DNA of 64,000 nucleotides from Squalus acanthias (Eukaryota): contig CM059432.1 of assembly GCA_030390025.1 (NCBI GenBank), positions 151,778,001 through 151,842,000 on the forward strand. The letters are read 5' to 3'. Under the pieces are notes generated by a model. That model did not search any database. It was not told where the DNA came from and saw only the letters and a program-made list of their open reading frames with translations. Shown here piece by piece: positions 51,470 to 64,000 of this stretch. Position 1 is the stretch's first letter, and every line of letters starts with the position of its first letter. Made by a program: the position numbers and the translations under genes.

Positions 51470-51895
51470 TAGGCAGTTCTGTTTAGCTCGCCCAGTGGTA
51501 AAAATATGGAATGATATAGTTCTAAGTCATATAGAACAGAAGGTCCCAGCTTTGTTTGCTGATCTATACTGAGGTAGTTCATTTCAGCCAAGGCAGCCAT
51601 TGGGACACTACAACTAGCCTCAGTCCCTTAGCTTAGGAGGGGAAAATTCAGCCAGGATTCTTGTGCCTAGTCATTATCCAGCATCTCTTGCTGAAAGGTG
51701 CTAATGTTTGTTCCTCTGAGAAGAATGTTGGGCTCAGCTGTGTTTCCCCATCAAAAGCAAACAGCTTGCCGACCGTCACCTTGACTCGTGCATGAAAAAT
51801 AGCAACTTCAGTGAAGTACCAGAGGGCTGCTGGTGCCTGTGTAACCACACTTAAGCAAGAGTCAGCATCTTGAGAACAGGAGAAAATGGAGGCAG
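51470..51895 (+). mobile_element. Old SINE-like repeat
   Basis: Homologous, inverted, to 33020-34520; family not identified. Confidence 0.5.
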
Positions 51896-52247
51896 GGGAT
51901 GTCTTGGTTTTCCTGCATGGTTTTTCAGTGAATTCCAGTTTTTAATTGCCATTAAAATTAGAAATTGTACATATTTTTATTTAGTCAACATTAAATACAC
52001 TGAGGTAATTGAATAACATCAGAACCTATGTGTTTTTGTTAGAAAAATCATTGGGTGGAACAATAATAAGAGATTTGAGTCTAATTATTTCATTACTTTT
52101 CTGTTGCTATGTAGCTTTTTTCACATTTTACTTGATATTTTCCCCAGAAATGACTTAAGTAGAGGCTATCTATAATATTGCTTACAGATGAGTACCTCAT
52201 GTTCCTTTCAAATACTGAAACTTATGATGTTTAATTTTTCTGAATAG

Positions 52248-52415
52248 AACTTATTGGAGTCTTCGAAACCATTTTCCTGCAGAAGCTGATGCATTGTACA
52301 ACTCCCTGGAGCCTTCCTATCAAAAAGGTTTTCAGGCTCACCTGAAGAGTTCCACTAGTGCTGCATCTCTCCCTCACTCGGACCGGTCCTCTTCCAGCTC
52401 ACAAGAGAGCCTTAA
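52248..52415 (+). CDS. CLASP2: CLASP2 coding exon: TYWSLRNHFPAEADALYNSLEPSYQKGFQAHLKSSTSAASLPHSDRSSSSSQESL(N)
   Basis: aatag| acceptor, |gtatga donor, 168 nt phase 2-2; conserved SDRSSSSSQESLN motif. Confidence 0.95.
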
Positions 52416-53424
52416 GTATGAAAAGATTATTTTTGAAATTATTTTCCTGAAAATAAATCACTGCATAGCCCAGAATCCTTTCATAATATATTGACTCAAC
52501 ATTTTCTTCCAACAGATTAAGTTTTCTAAAAATGATGAGTAAAGGTCACAAATTGGGCATGTAGAGAGTCTGTCACTGTGTTTTGCATTGCCTGGAAAGT
52601 GTGGTCAGTGGAACTATGTCGCTTACTGGCTCAGCTTGCATTTTAAATGGAAGCCCCAGTAGTGTTGAAGGACTGTGACCTTGATCTGAACAAAAAATAT
52701 TTACAAAAGTCACTTGGGAAGTTCTGTCGTTGATGAAGGTGCACAGCTCCTTTAAAGACTCATTGTAAATTGAGCTTGTTCGGCAGAAGCAGTGAACTGA
52801 TATAATGCAGGGATTATTCTGCTGATTCTAACTCCTTACTTGTAGCATTTATAAATTCTATGTCTTTCGTACTTCAAAAATGCAGATAAGTCACTGTTGT
52901 TGGATAATTATCTTCTGATTCTATTGTGATTGTGATTGGTGAATATCTGCCTCCAAGTTCTAAATTTTACACTTAGGAAATATCATTTTTATCAGGACTA
53001 CATATTAACCTTTTGACTACAGATTAATTTGCTTGTTCAGGAATTTGGGGGTTCTGGAGGCTGGTAGTATGCACATCCATGTTGCCCTTTTTTCATTTGA
53101 TGTGTAAAAATATGTCCAAGATTGATCTGGGCTTTTGATGGACTGAAAATACATCCTTGAAACATGTTTACACCTCCATGAGAGTCTAAAGGAAGAAGGT
53201 AAAGGATTTAACCTTTATTTCTGGGGGGATCAGAGGGCAAAAGTTCAAGAGGGATAGGATCAATGTGCCCTCTAATGTTTTTTTGTACTGAGTGGGCCAC
53301 GAACTCCTTTGAGCGTGACCTTCTCGCCCGTGAGCAAATTTTAAAACAATAACAACAACAACTTTTACAACAGCAAACTTAAAAGCATATACACAGTAAT
53401 GCCATATCGCCACCCCACTGTCTC

Positions 53425-53720
53425 AAATCATGAGACAATCAGACAAAGTTCTATACAAGTCCAACATAACTTTTCTGCTTTTGAATTCTATTCCTCTAGA
53501 AATGAGCCCTAGTGCTTTATTTGCACTTTTAAGGCTTTTGTAACCTGCGTTGCTACTTTTAATGATGTGTGAATCTATACCCCTAGATCCCTTTGTCCCA
53601 TTTAGACTCTTATTTTCCAAGGAGTAGGTGGCCTCCTTATTCCTCCTACCACAATGCACCACCTCACACTTAACTATATTGAAATTCATTTGTCATCTAC
53701 ATGCCCATTCTGCAAGTTTG
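53425..53720 (-). mobile_element. CR1 RT fragment
   Basis: MNFNIVKCEVVHCGRRN...GIEFKSRKVMLDLY. Confidence 0.8.
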
Positions 53721-56504
53721 TTTATGGTAGAATTAATTAAAAGCTTTTAGTTCGTCATGTACAAACTCTATTTAATAAAAAATTACTTGTCAGAAATGAC
53801 TGGGATATAAAAGAACTGCATAATAATGCATTAACACTTCAGAAACGTCACTCAGTTACACGGTTATGCATCGACAAACAATCCAAAAGCCCAAGGTGAG
53901 CTGAAAGAGGCATATCTATTTGTGCAATTAGTATTAATTTTAAAGTTTTCAATGTATTAGCCCATCCCTCATGTCACTATAGCAGTGGCTGCAGGAGCAG
54001 CGGCTTTCCTATGGTGCTGACATGCTGTCCGTCCACATAAGTAATTAGAATATTAATCACAATGCAACCAGACAGCCAACAAATATAAAGTGCTGTAGCT
54101 CTTTAGTTCACAGTATTAAAAAGAATTGAACAAAAACAGGTATCTGTATTTCCAACTTCAATCACTCCCATTAATAAACGTTGTCTTCTTGAACCAGCAC
54201 ACCCCCCATGTAACATGTCAGAAATGTAGCACTTATTCACAAGTGCAGAAAAACACATACACAATTTGCGTCACCGAATTAAAAACAAAAAGCAGGAAAA
54301 TCTATGATTTAACAGAAATAAACATTCATCTTTCTTCCTGGATAGGAGAACCAATCAGACTGACTTGGAAATGTTTTCTAATATATTGAGATAAAGATGT
54401 TAATTTACAAATTGTGCTTCTAATGTTTATCTCTCTCACATTCTCCACAATATTAATCCCTGCTCTTAACACGAAAAGTGTTGAATTATTTTAGGTACTT
54501 CCCAATTAAATAGTGGGAAACAAACTTCCTTGTACTCTCAATTTTTAATCTCCTATTTCAAACATTTATACCAAATCAAAATTGTACATTATCAGTTTAA
54601 TCGAAGTATTTTCTGTGTCTTTCTCAACAAACGAATAGTAGTTTCTTCTAAAGTAGCTTCCTGCAATTTTTATACATCATTACATAACTCGTGTTTCTAT
54701 TAACACTCCACTAAACGTTGAAGAGGAAATCTATATTTACTTTATTCTTGGGACTTGTTAGGACTATAGAACGATAGACAAAATAAAAAGTTTGTGTTAT
54801 CCCCTTTTTGGTTCTCTTCCTAAACGTCTTAATATTTTTTAAAAAGTCAATAAAAAGTAATATGTAACTCCTCCAAATCCTCCCCACCCTCCCCCTCCTC
54901 AAGTTGCATGTTTGTGTAAAGCTACTCACTTCAGTTGATCATTCAAAATCAAATATTGAGAAATTTCAATTTTTAAATGTTTTAAGCATTTCAGAACCTT
55001 TTTAAAAGCGTTTGGACTTCAAGACCTGGTTGAAACTCGTTTAGAGGAGGGGAAAATTGATTTTTGTTTCTGTTTCTTCCAAAATCATATTCGAAATTAT
55101 GGGGGGAGAAAAGTAATTTTTAACACTAATTTTTTGTGAAAAGTTCATTAAAAATCTTTAAATTCTTTCAAGTCTCGTTGCAGCTTTGACAGAAGTTGCT
55201 ACAAATTTCTCTTTCCCTCCAATGCTGTCGTTAAACATGCAACAAAAAATAAAATAAACTCTAATTCCAAACGGAGCTCAAAGTAAAGTGGTTAAACTTC
55301 CTAAGAAGGCGGTGAGGTTATCTATCCCCAGCCTTGGCGATGAGTTGGGATCAGTTTTGGAGAAGTTGCTTCCTCTTTTTCTCACAGACACCTTGCAGCT
55401 CAAATAATATAAAATAGTCAGTGCTGTGGATTTGACGATTTAGCCTCAGAAAAATGACTACATTACACCATATGATCTTGCAGTGCCTGTTCACAGGGTC
55501 ACATATTTGAAGGCGCCCACAAGTCAGTTGCTGTGTTGGCCTGGCATGAAGGGTTTTCAAAGTCAAAGCGATGTGCGAGGCTGCTCAATGTGGAGACCTC
55601 ACACCCCCTCCAGACGGAAATTTTGTGGCGTTTTTACAGATCGTGCTGATAGTGTTCCATGCGTGACTCCAGGTTCACAACAACTTGCACAAATTGGTGC
55701 CAAGCAACCCTGTTTAGAGTGGGGCCTGGCTTGCCAGACTGGCCAGTCCTCATAGCTACTTTTTTCACCTGCTTGTCCTTTTGGTCAGCCCTAAACAAGG
55801 GAAGTAGCTGCCATGTCACTCCTCTGCCTGGTCACAATTAGTTTTGTGCCACCTCACTGAGTTTTTAGTATCTTGGTGTGTGACACTTCAATGATTACCA
55901 CCCACCTCCAGATGGGAAAGGGCCAAAATTCTGTGAAAAGCACTGTAAAGTTTTTACTCTGGCAGCAGTCAGCTCTTGATGAAGTGCAGGGAAACACTGA
56001 TATTGAAGAGTGGCACGCCCTTATGACGCACAAGTCAGTTGACTGTCCTTTGCATCCCCCAAAAGTGCTGAATGCTTTTAGAAAGAAGCATCTGAGCGAG
56101 CCTGGTGAATCTAGAAGGACCCTTTCTGATCCACACAATCTGTAATGGCATCTTGTTTACTCAAACAACAGCTCAGAAACACCTATTCAGGGAGGTGGTA
56201 TTAATGACACAAAGCAGATATTACTGGGTAGATCCCAGATCAGCATTGAACTGGAGGAGCTGGTAGGAAACTTTGAGGAGATATCTGTCTCTCTTTGGAG
56301 ACGACTTAAGCAAAAGGCCTCAGTTGAGGAATCCAAGACCAAGATCTAAGGGGCCCAGGCTGTTAAAGATCAATGACTCGGGAGCATTGGTCTTGCATGC
56401 AGGCAGTGGAGACAGTCTCTTCTCTCATGGTGCTGATGATGGAACCATTGGAGGAGTCCAGAACCCACAACTGCAATGCAATGAAGGAGGTAGGACATGA
56501 AGTG

Positions 56505-57790
56505 AGGCCCTTAGCTCTGGAATTCCCTCCCTAAACCTCTCTGCCCCTTCACCTCTCTTTCCTCCTTAACACCTACCTCTTTAACCAAGCTTTTAGTCAC
56601 CTATCCTCTTTGGCTCCGTGTCCATTTTTGTCTGATTATAATCCTGTGGAGCACCTCGAGATGTTTCCCTACGTTAAAGGTGCCATATAAATTTTAAGTT
56701 GCTTTGTTGTTGCCATGTTAAGGCTCTCTGAATAATTGTGCCTGGAATGCACAAGATGGCAGGTTATTTTATGTCCACCTTGCTGCAAATGCTGCTTTAG
56801 GTCATCATCTGAAAGCACAGCGTCAGTTTCCACATGTATGTTGATGACACCCACCTCTACCTCACGTTCATTTCTTTCGACCCTTCCACTGTCTCTAAAT
56901 TGTCAGACTGCTTGTCCGACATCCAGTATTGGATGAGCAGAAATGAACTCCAACTAAATATTGGGAAGACTGAAGCCATTGTCTTCGTTCCCCGCCACAA
57001 ACTCTGTTCCCTAACCACTGACTCCATCTCTCTCCCTGGCAACTGTTTGAGGCTGAACCAGACTGTTCACAACCTTGGTGTCATATTTGAGCCCGAGATG
57101 AGCTGTCGACCACATATCTACACCATCCCTAAGACCGCCTATTTCCACCGCTGGAAAATCACCCCCGACTCGGCCCCTGCCTCAGTTCATCTACTGCTGA
57201 AACCCTCAACCATGCCTTAGTTACCTCTAGACTTGACTATTCAAATGCACTCCTGGCTGGCCTCCTACGTTCTACCCTCTGTAAACTTGAGCTCATCCAA
57301 AACTCTGCTGCCCGTGTCCTAACTCGCACCAAGTCCCGTTCACCCACCACCCCCGTGCTCACTGACCTACATTGGCTCCCGGTTAAGCAATGTCTCTATT
57401 TTAAAATTCTCATCCTTGTTTTCAAATCCCTCCATGGCCTCGCCCCGCCCTATCTCTGTAACCTCCTCCAGCCCTATAACCCTCCGAGATATCTGCGCTC
57501 CTCTAATTCTGGCCTATTGAGCATCCACGATTTTAATCGCCATTGGTGGCCAAGCCTTCAGCTGCCAAAGCCCTAAGCTCTGGAATTACCTCCCTAAACC
57601 TCTCCGCTGCTCTACCTCTCTTTCCTCCTTTAAGACACTCCTTAAAACATACCTGTTTGACCAAGCTTTTGGTCATCTGCCCTAATATCTCCTAATGAAG
57701 CTTGAGGTCAAATTTTGTTTTATAACGCTCCTGTGATGCACCTTGGAATGTTTTACTATGGTCAGGTATTACATAAATACAAGTAGTAGT
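56505..57790 (+). mobile_element. Two tandem L2 fragments (short tail 56505-56715; RT C-terminus + tail 56760-57790)
   Basis: YVDDTHLY, LQLNIGKTE, NLGVIFEPE, LHWLPV motifs. Confidence 0.88.
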
Positions 57791-58017
57791 AGATATTCTC
57801 TCAACACAGGAGTGTACCCATACTGACCAGTAGCAGTTGGGCCAAATTCAACACTTTTCAGCATAACCTCACAGAGCTTCCTTCCTCCTCATAAAGAAGA
57901 GAAACAGGAAACCATGCTGCACTGTTCCAGTCACCAGGCTAGATGCGTGTTTTCGGTGTCCATTTGTGAGTTAGCATTAGCGAAGTTTGGCTCCTCTACT
58001 GTAAGCACTGCACTTGG

Positions 58018-58206
58018 AGAGTGTTGGCGCAGTGCCTTGTCTGAACTCGGAAGTGTTAGCGCTGTGTTAAAGCTCTATTCATTGTTGAGTTCAGACAAGG
58101 CACAGCACTAACACTCGTGAGTTCCGATAACGCACAGCACTCATGAGTTCAGACAAGGCACAGCGCTAAAAATCCTGAGTTCAGACAAGGGACAGCATGA
58201 ACACTC
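58018..58206. repeat. Divergent array of ~30-bp units (GAGTTCAGACAAGGCACAGCACTAACACTC)
   Basis: One full and one partial inverted unit (58018-58066), then four direct units (58087-58206). Confidence 0.85.
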
Positions 58207-58339
58207 TGCTCTGAAGCCTGCCTGCCAATGACTGGATCAAATTATACAGTCCATGCAGATAGCTGGGTGAGTGCTGGCCATTTAAACCTCCTATTTCCTG
58301 GCAGTTTCTTTATTAATCATAATGTCGTGGTCAACAAAT

Positions 58340-61300
58340 GCAGCCTTAAATTATGGGGACACATTGCAGAAACTTGGTTTGGATTTCCTTGAGCTTAGAA
58401 GGTTGAGGGGTGATATAATGGAGGGGTTTATAATGATGAAGGGATTTGATGGGGTAGATACGGAGAAACTATTTCCACTGGTGAGGGAATCCAGAAGAAG
58501 ATTGCATGGCAAATAGATGTAAACGGATATGATATCATTGGAATTACGGAGACATGGCTCCAGGGTGACCAAGGCTGGGAATTCAACATCCAGGGGTATT
58601 CAATATTCAGGAAGGACAGGCAAAAAGGAAAAGGAGGTGGGTTAGCATTGCTGGTTAAAGAGGAGATTAACACAATAGTAAGGAAGGATATTAGCTCTGA
58701 TGATGTGGAATCTGTATGGGTAGAGCTGAGAAATACCATGGGGCAGAAAACGTTAGTGGGAGTTGTATACAGACCCCCAAACAGTAATGCTGAGGTTGGG
58801 GATGGCATTAAACGGGAAATTAGAGACGCGTGCAAAAAGGGCACAGCAGTTATCATGGGTGACTTTAATCTACATATAGATTGGGCTAACCAAATTAGTA
58901 ACAATACTGTGGAGGAGGAATTCCTGGAGTGTATGGTTTCCTGGACCAATATGTTGAGGAACCAACTGGAGATCAGGCCATCTTAGACTGGGTATTATGT
59001 AATGAGAAAGGATTAATTAGCAATCTTGTGTGAGGCCCCTTGGGGAGGAGCGATCATAATATGATAGAATTCTTCATTAGGATGGAGAGTGAAGTAGTTG
59101 ACTCAGAGACTAGGGTCCTGAATTTAAATAACGGAAACTACGATGGTATGAGGCGCAAGTTGGCTAGGATTGATTGGGGAGCGTTACTTAAAGGGTTGAC
59201 GGTGGATAGGCAATGGCAAACATTTAAAGATCGCATGGATGAACTACAGAATTTGTTCATCCATATTTGGCATAAAAATAAAACAAAAAAGGTGACTCAA
59301 CCGTGGCTAACAAGGGAAATTAGGGATAGCATAAGATCCAAGGAAAGGACATATAAATTGGCCAGAAAAAGCAGCAAACCTGAGGATTGGGAGCAGTTTA
59401 GGATTCAGCAAAGGAGGACAAAGGGATTAATTAAGAGGGGGAAAATAGAGTATGAGAGTAAGTTTGCAGGGAACATTAAAACTGACTGTAAAAGCTTCGA
59501 TAGATATGTGAAGAGAAAAAGATTGGTGAAGTCAAGCGTAGGTCCCTTGCAGTCAGAATCAGGGGAATCTATAATGGGGAACAAAGAAATGGCTGACCAA
59601 TTAAATACATGCTTTAGTTCTGTCTTCACAAAGGAGGACACAAATAACCTCCCAGAGATGTCAGGGAATATAGGGTCTAATGAGAGGGAGGAACTGAATG
59701 AAATCAGTATTTATAGGAAAATGGTGTTCGGGAAATTGACGGGATTGAAGGCCGATAAATCCCCAGGGCCTGATAATCTACATCCTAGGGTACTTAAAGA
59801 AGTGGCCCTAGAAATACTAGATGCATTGCTGGTCATCTTCCAAAATTCTATAGACTCTGGCACAGTTCCCATGGATTGGAGGGTAGCTAATGTAACCCCA
59901 CTATTTAAAAAAGGTGGTAGAGAGAAAATGGGGAATTATAGACCGGTAAGCCCGACATGGGTAGTGGGGAAATTCTAGAGTCCATTATAAAAGATGTAAT
60001 AGCAGAGTACTTGGAAAACAGTGACAGGATCGGACAAAGTCAACATGGATTTACAAAAGGTAAATCATACTTGACTAATCTACTGGAATTTTTTGAGGAT
60101 GTAACTGGTAGAATAGATAAGGGAGAACCAATGGATGTGGTGTATTTGGACTTTCAGAAGGCTTTCGATAAGGTCCTGCATAAGAGATTGGCGTGTAAAG
60201 TTAAAGCACATGGGATTGGGGGTAAGGTACTGACTTGGATAGAGAACTGGTTGGCAGACAGGAAGCAAAGAGTTGGAATAAACGGGTCTTTTTCCGAGTG
60301 GCAGGCAGTGACTAGTGGGGTACCGCAGGGATCGGTGCTAGGACCCCAGCTATTCACAATATATATCAATGATCTAGACGAGGGAACTAGATGTAATATC
60401 TTCAAGTTTGCAGACAACACAAAGCTGGGTGGGCGTGTGTGCTGTGAGGAGGATGCAGAGAAACTCCAGTATGATTTGGACAGGTTGGGTGATTGGGCAG
60501 ATGCATGGCAGATGCAGTATAATGTGGATAAATGCGAGGTTATCCACTTTGGTGGCAAAAACAGGAAGGCAGATTATTATCTGAACGGCAATAGATTGGG
60601 AAAAGGGGAAGTGCAACGAGACCTGGGTGTCCTTGTGCACCAGTCGCTGAAGGTAAGCATGCAGGTGCAGCAAGCGGTTAAGAAGGCAAATGGTATGTTG
60701 GCCTTCATAGCGAGAGGATTCGAGTACAGGAGCAAGGATGTCTTGCTGCAGTTGTACAGGGCCTTGGTGAGACCACACCTTGAGTATTGTGTGCAGTTTT
60801 GGTCGCCTTATCTGAGGAAGGATGTTCTTGCCATGGAGGGAGTGCAGCGAAGATTCACCAGACTGATACCTGGGATGGCAGGAATGACGTATGAGGGAGA
60901 GATTGGGTCGATTGGGCTTATACTCGCTGGAGTTTAGAAGAATGAGAGGGGATCTCATTGAAACTTATAAAATTCTAACAGGACTAGACAGACTAGATGC
61001 AGGAAGGATGTTCCCGATGGCGGGGGAGTCCAGAACCAGGGGTCACAGTCTAAGGATAAGGGGTAAGCCATTTAAGACTGAGATGAGGAGGAATTTCTTC
61101 ACCCAGAGAGCGGTGAACCTGTGGAATTCTCTACCACAGAAGGCAGTTGAGGCCAATTCATTAAATATATTCAAGAAGGAGTTAGATATATTTCTTAAGG
61201 CTAAAGGGATCAAGGGATATGGGGAAAAGGCAGGGACAGGGTACTGAATTTGGATGATCAGCCATGATCTCATTAAATGGCAGAGCAGGCTCGAGGGGCC

Positions 61301-61610
61301 GAATGGCCTACTCCTGCTCCTATCTTCTATGTTTCTATGGTCTTCAAATTAGAGCCAGGCCATTCAGGAGTGAAATCACAAGACACTTGTTCACATAAAA
61401 GGTAGTGGAAATCTGGAACTTGCTTCCCAAAAGGGTATGGATACTGGATTAATAGCAATTTTCAAGACTGAGATCAATCGATTTTTGTCAGGTAAGGGTA
61501 TCAAGGTATATGGAACAAAGACAGGTAAATGTTGAGATACAGATCATCCATGATCTAATTGAATGGCGGAATAGGCTCGAGGGGCTGACTGGACTACTCC
61601 TGTTCCTATG
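58340..61610 (+). mobile_element. Old CR1 3' end split by a younger CR1 (58510-61338)
   Basis: LELRRLRGDI...VRESRRR before the insertion; resumes at 61340 with cttcaaattagagcc...tail. Confidence 0.8.
58510..61338 (+). mobile_element. Young CR1 LINE ORF2, same subfamily as 37940-41038
   Basis: ORFs 59040..59978, 59957..60937, 60891..61247 nearly identical to those of the 38-41 kb copy. Confidence 0.96.
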
Positions 61611-62962
61611 CTCTCTCCAAAGCCTGGGATTTGACTAGGTATTTTTAACTCGCAGCAAATGGCGAGAGCTTTTAATTACATCTATGCAGTTTGAGCATGT
61701 ATAGTTAGCAGAATTTTCCAGTATACAAACTGCATCAACAGGACCTCAAATGTGGAAGGGTGTGTCTCATCTTCATGTGAGGTTTGAGAGTTTCCTTGCT
61801 TTTTCCAAAAAGCTTTGAATGAAATTGCAAATTTAATTGTCAGTGATTTATTCCAGGCATGTCTGATATTTATTTAAATTTTATTGGCAGACAGCATCTG
61901 TGACTTGGTTTCATTGTTGATGGTTAGAAAAGAAAACACATTTATAGAATTTGTGGAAATTGGATCGCTCTTTATTGCTATTGAAAATCCAGTTTTTAAA
62001 AGACTTTTTTATAAACTGAACCATTTTGAAGTTGAAAGTAATTTTATTTATAAAAACTTGAAAACTGCCGAAACATTAAGTATTTTATGCACTGGTTTTG
62101 GTTTGCTTATTAAATTTGTTTATTAAGACAGTATGTTGATAAAATTGCTGACAGTGCACTAAATCTTTAGCTTCTTTTCTCCCAGTGCACGTGAGTAAAC
62201 TGCACAGCTCCAGCATGTGATTTTCTGTCCCTTCATTTTAAAAAGCTAAAACTTTATGGTTAAATGCCTTAAAGCAGTAAATTATGGACAAGAACTGGCT
62301 GATGGTGGGTGGGCACAGAGGGTGTTGAAGATGTTAAAGGAGCTGTGGATGGGTCAGAGAAGAGGCTAATGGGGAGGTAATGATGGGACTGTTGGTTCAA
62401 AAATGACCAACAGCAGTTTTGTTCCTGATACCCTACTCTTTCCCCCCCCTCCCACCAGGCTGTTAGAATTTAGATCCTGTTCTTCTCAATTTTGTCAAAT
62501 CCCAGAAACCCCCAGCACTACCAGACTCTGTCCCTCCTCGGACTTCCTGGACTCCAGGGCACTCAAGTCCCAGATTCTACAGCCCCTGTTGGTGTCGCGA
62601 AACCTTTTAGACCCTGTGCTCCCTCACCTGAGAGATTCCTCCCCAATTCCCCCCCCCCCCGGTCTCAAGATCCTTCTCCCTGGAATCCTGGAATCTTTCA
62701 CTCTAATGTTCTTGGAACTCTGGGACCCCCATCTGTCAAAGTACTGTTAGACCCTGAGACCCCCATCCCAGTTTTGCCAGAATGTTTAAGGGCACCAGTT
62801 TGAGATTTTCATGGAGAAATGAACGGTGTCATGGAATTCAATCCCTTAAACATCAGTAGAAAATGGAATTCAACTTATTCAGCTGCTGTGACAATCTAGC
62901 AACTACCACGATTCAGTGAAAGCAATTGTCAGCAGAGGGTGATGGAAGCCAAGTGTCACACA

Positions 62963-63271
62963 CAGAATCAGAATCCCCACAGTGCAGATAGAGGCCATTT
63001 CGGCCCATCGAGCCTGCACCGACACATATCCCACCCTATCCCCGTAACCCCACGTATTTAATGCCCCCTAACACTAAGGGTCAATTTATCATAGCCAAAT
63101 CAACCTAACCCGCACATCTTTGGACTGTGGGAGGAAACCGGAGCACCCGGAGGAAACCCACACAGACACGGGGAGAATGTGCAAACTCCACACAGACAGT
63201 CAGCCAAGGCCGGATTTGAACCCGGGTCCCTGGCGCTGTGAGGCAACAGTGCTCACCACTATGCCACCGTG
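62963..63271 (-). mobile_element. HE1-type V-SINE (tRNA-derived)
   Basis: Minus strand cacggtggcatagtgg (A box)...gggttcaaatcc (B box), V-domain tgtggagtttgcacattctccccgtgtctg, CR1-like 3' tail. Confidence 0.9.
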
Positions 63272-63479
63272 TCAGTGATGGAAAACTATATATTGATAAT
63301 ATGTCAACGATGGAGGCCCCATTAAGATATTGGTTACCTAATGGGAATGTTTTAAGTTTCTTTTTAAAAGAATTTAATAGAATAATGTATTGCGAGATAA
63401 ATGGGATGTATGGCCTACAATCTGTGTTCATTTATGTTCCCTGCCTGGGTTGATGTAAGCTGTTTTGTTTTTTTTCCAG

Positions 63480-63529
63480 CCGTGCCTTTCCTGCTAAATG
63501 GTCAGTCGCAAGCGGAGGTGCATCAAGAG
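63480..63529 (+). CDS. CLASP2: CLASP2 coding exon: (N)RAFPAKWSVASGGASR
   Basis: Strong T-tract + ccag| acceptor, |gttagt donor; phase fits the previous exon; resembles CLASP2 NRPFSSKWS. Confidence 0.85.
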
Positions 63530-64000
63530 GTTAGTTTTGTATTTAAAAATTCAGAACTAAAACTATGAAATATTGGACAGTAGACGTTGTTTAACACCCA
63601 CCCTTGTGATTTTTATTCATGTTTATCCTACAATCTTATCTCTCTCATCCCAGACTGGATGCAGGGACATTCTTGTTGTGTAGTATAAATTAAACATTGG
63701 CCTCGTTTCCTTTGCTGATCTACATTACAGTACTCCAAGTGCTACCTTGCATTAATTTGTACTTTTGAAAACAAACTGGACTACCGGTTGCCTATAAAAA
63801 GTAATTAGACCATTTTTCACTTTTTTCAAGTCCTTTACCATCTTCCTTTGTCCTCTCCACTGCTTTTGTCTTTTATTCTTTAATCTCATTTTTATTTTCT
63901 CCAGCTTTTATTCATCTGACTTCATTTTTTCTCTCCCACTGTTTCTCTATTTTTCTTTTTCCTTTATCCTGTTCTACTGTGCATTTTCCTGTTTCTGTTC

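Noticed and set aside
58018..58206. CRISPR-like array
   Set aside because: Eukaryotic context, no unique spacers, degenerate units in both orientations, no cas genes.
63200..63271. tRNA gene
   Set aside because: A and B boxes are the head of an HE1-type SINE, followed by the V-domain and LINE tail.
32155..63529. CLASP1 as the gene identity
   Set aside because: Diagnostic residues (RELEETLNK, WDQRANA, ITVAHLSTVL, AIVPTLF, LRNHFP, KWS) fit CLASP2.

Overview
Vertebrate genomic DNA, most likely from a shark or other elasmobranch (HE1-type V-SINE, Deu-domain SINE, very dense CR1/L2 LINEs, Penelope-like elements). The window lies inside the CLASP2 gene (+ strand). Eight GT-AG coding exons between 32155 and 63529 splice in frame and encode the TOG2 region and the start of the Ser-rich linker; the first 32 kb appear to be one intron. 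The introns are mostly nested transposons: many CR1/L2 fragments, a fully bounded two-gene PIF/Harbinger-type DNA transposon (36395-43418) with related MITEs, a 226-bp solo LTR, and Penelope-like fragments carrying minimal hammerhead-ribozyme motifs, one as a perfect 177-bp palindrome. The most unusual signal is a non-TE-like, broken minus-strand coding segment at about 13055-14982 with matrix-then-glycoprotein-like motifs. It may be an endogenous negative-strand RNA virus (bornavirus-like) fossil, but this rests on short motifs recalled from memory and needs a homology search. Repeat boundaries are approximate unless a TSD or TIR is quoted.
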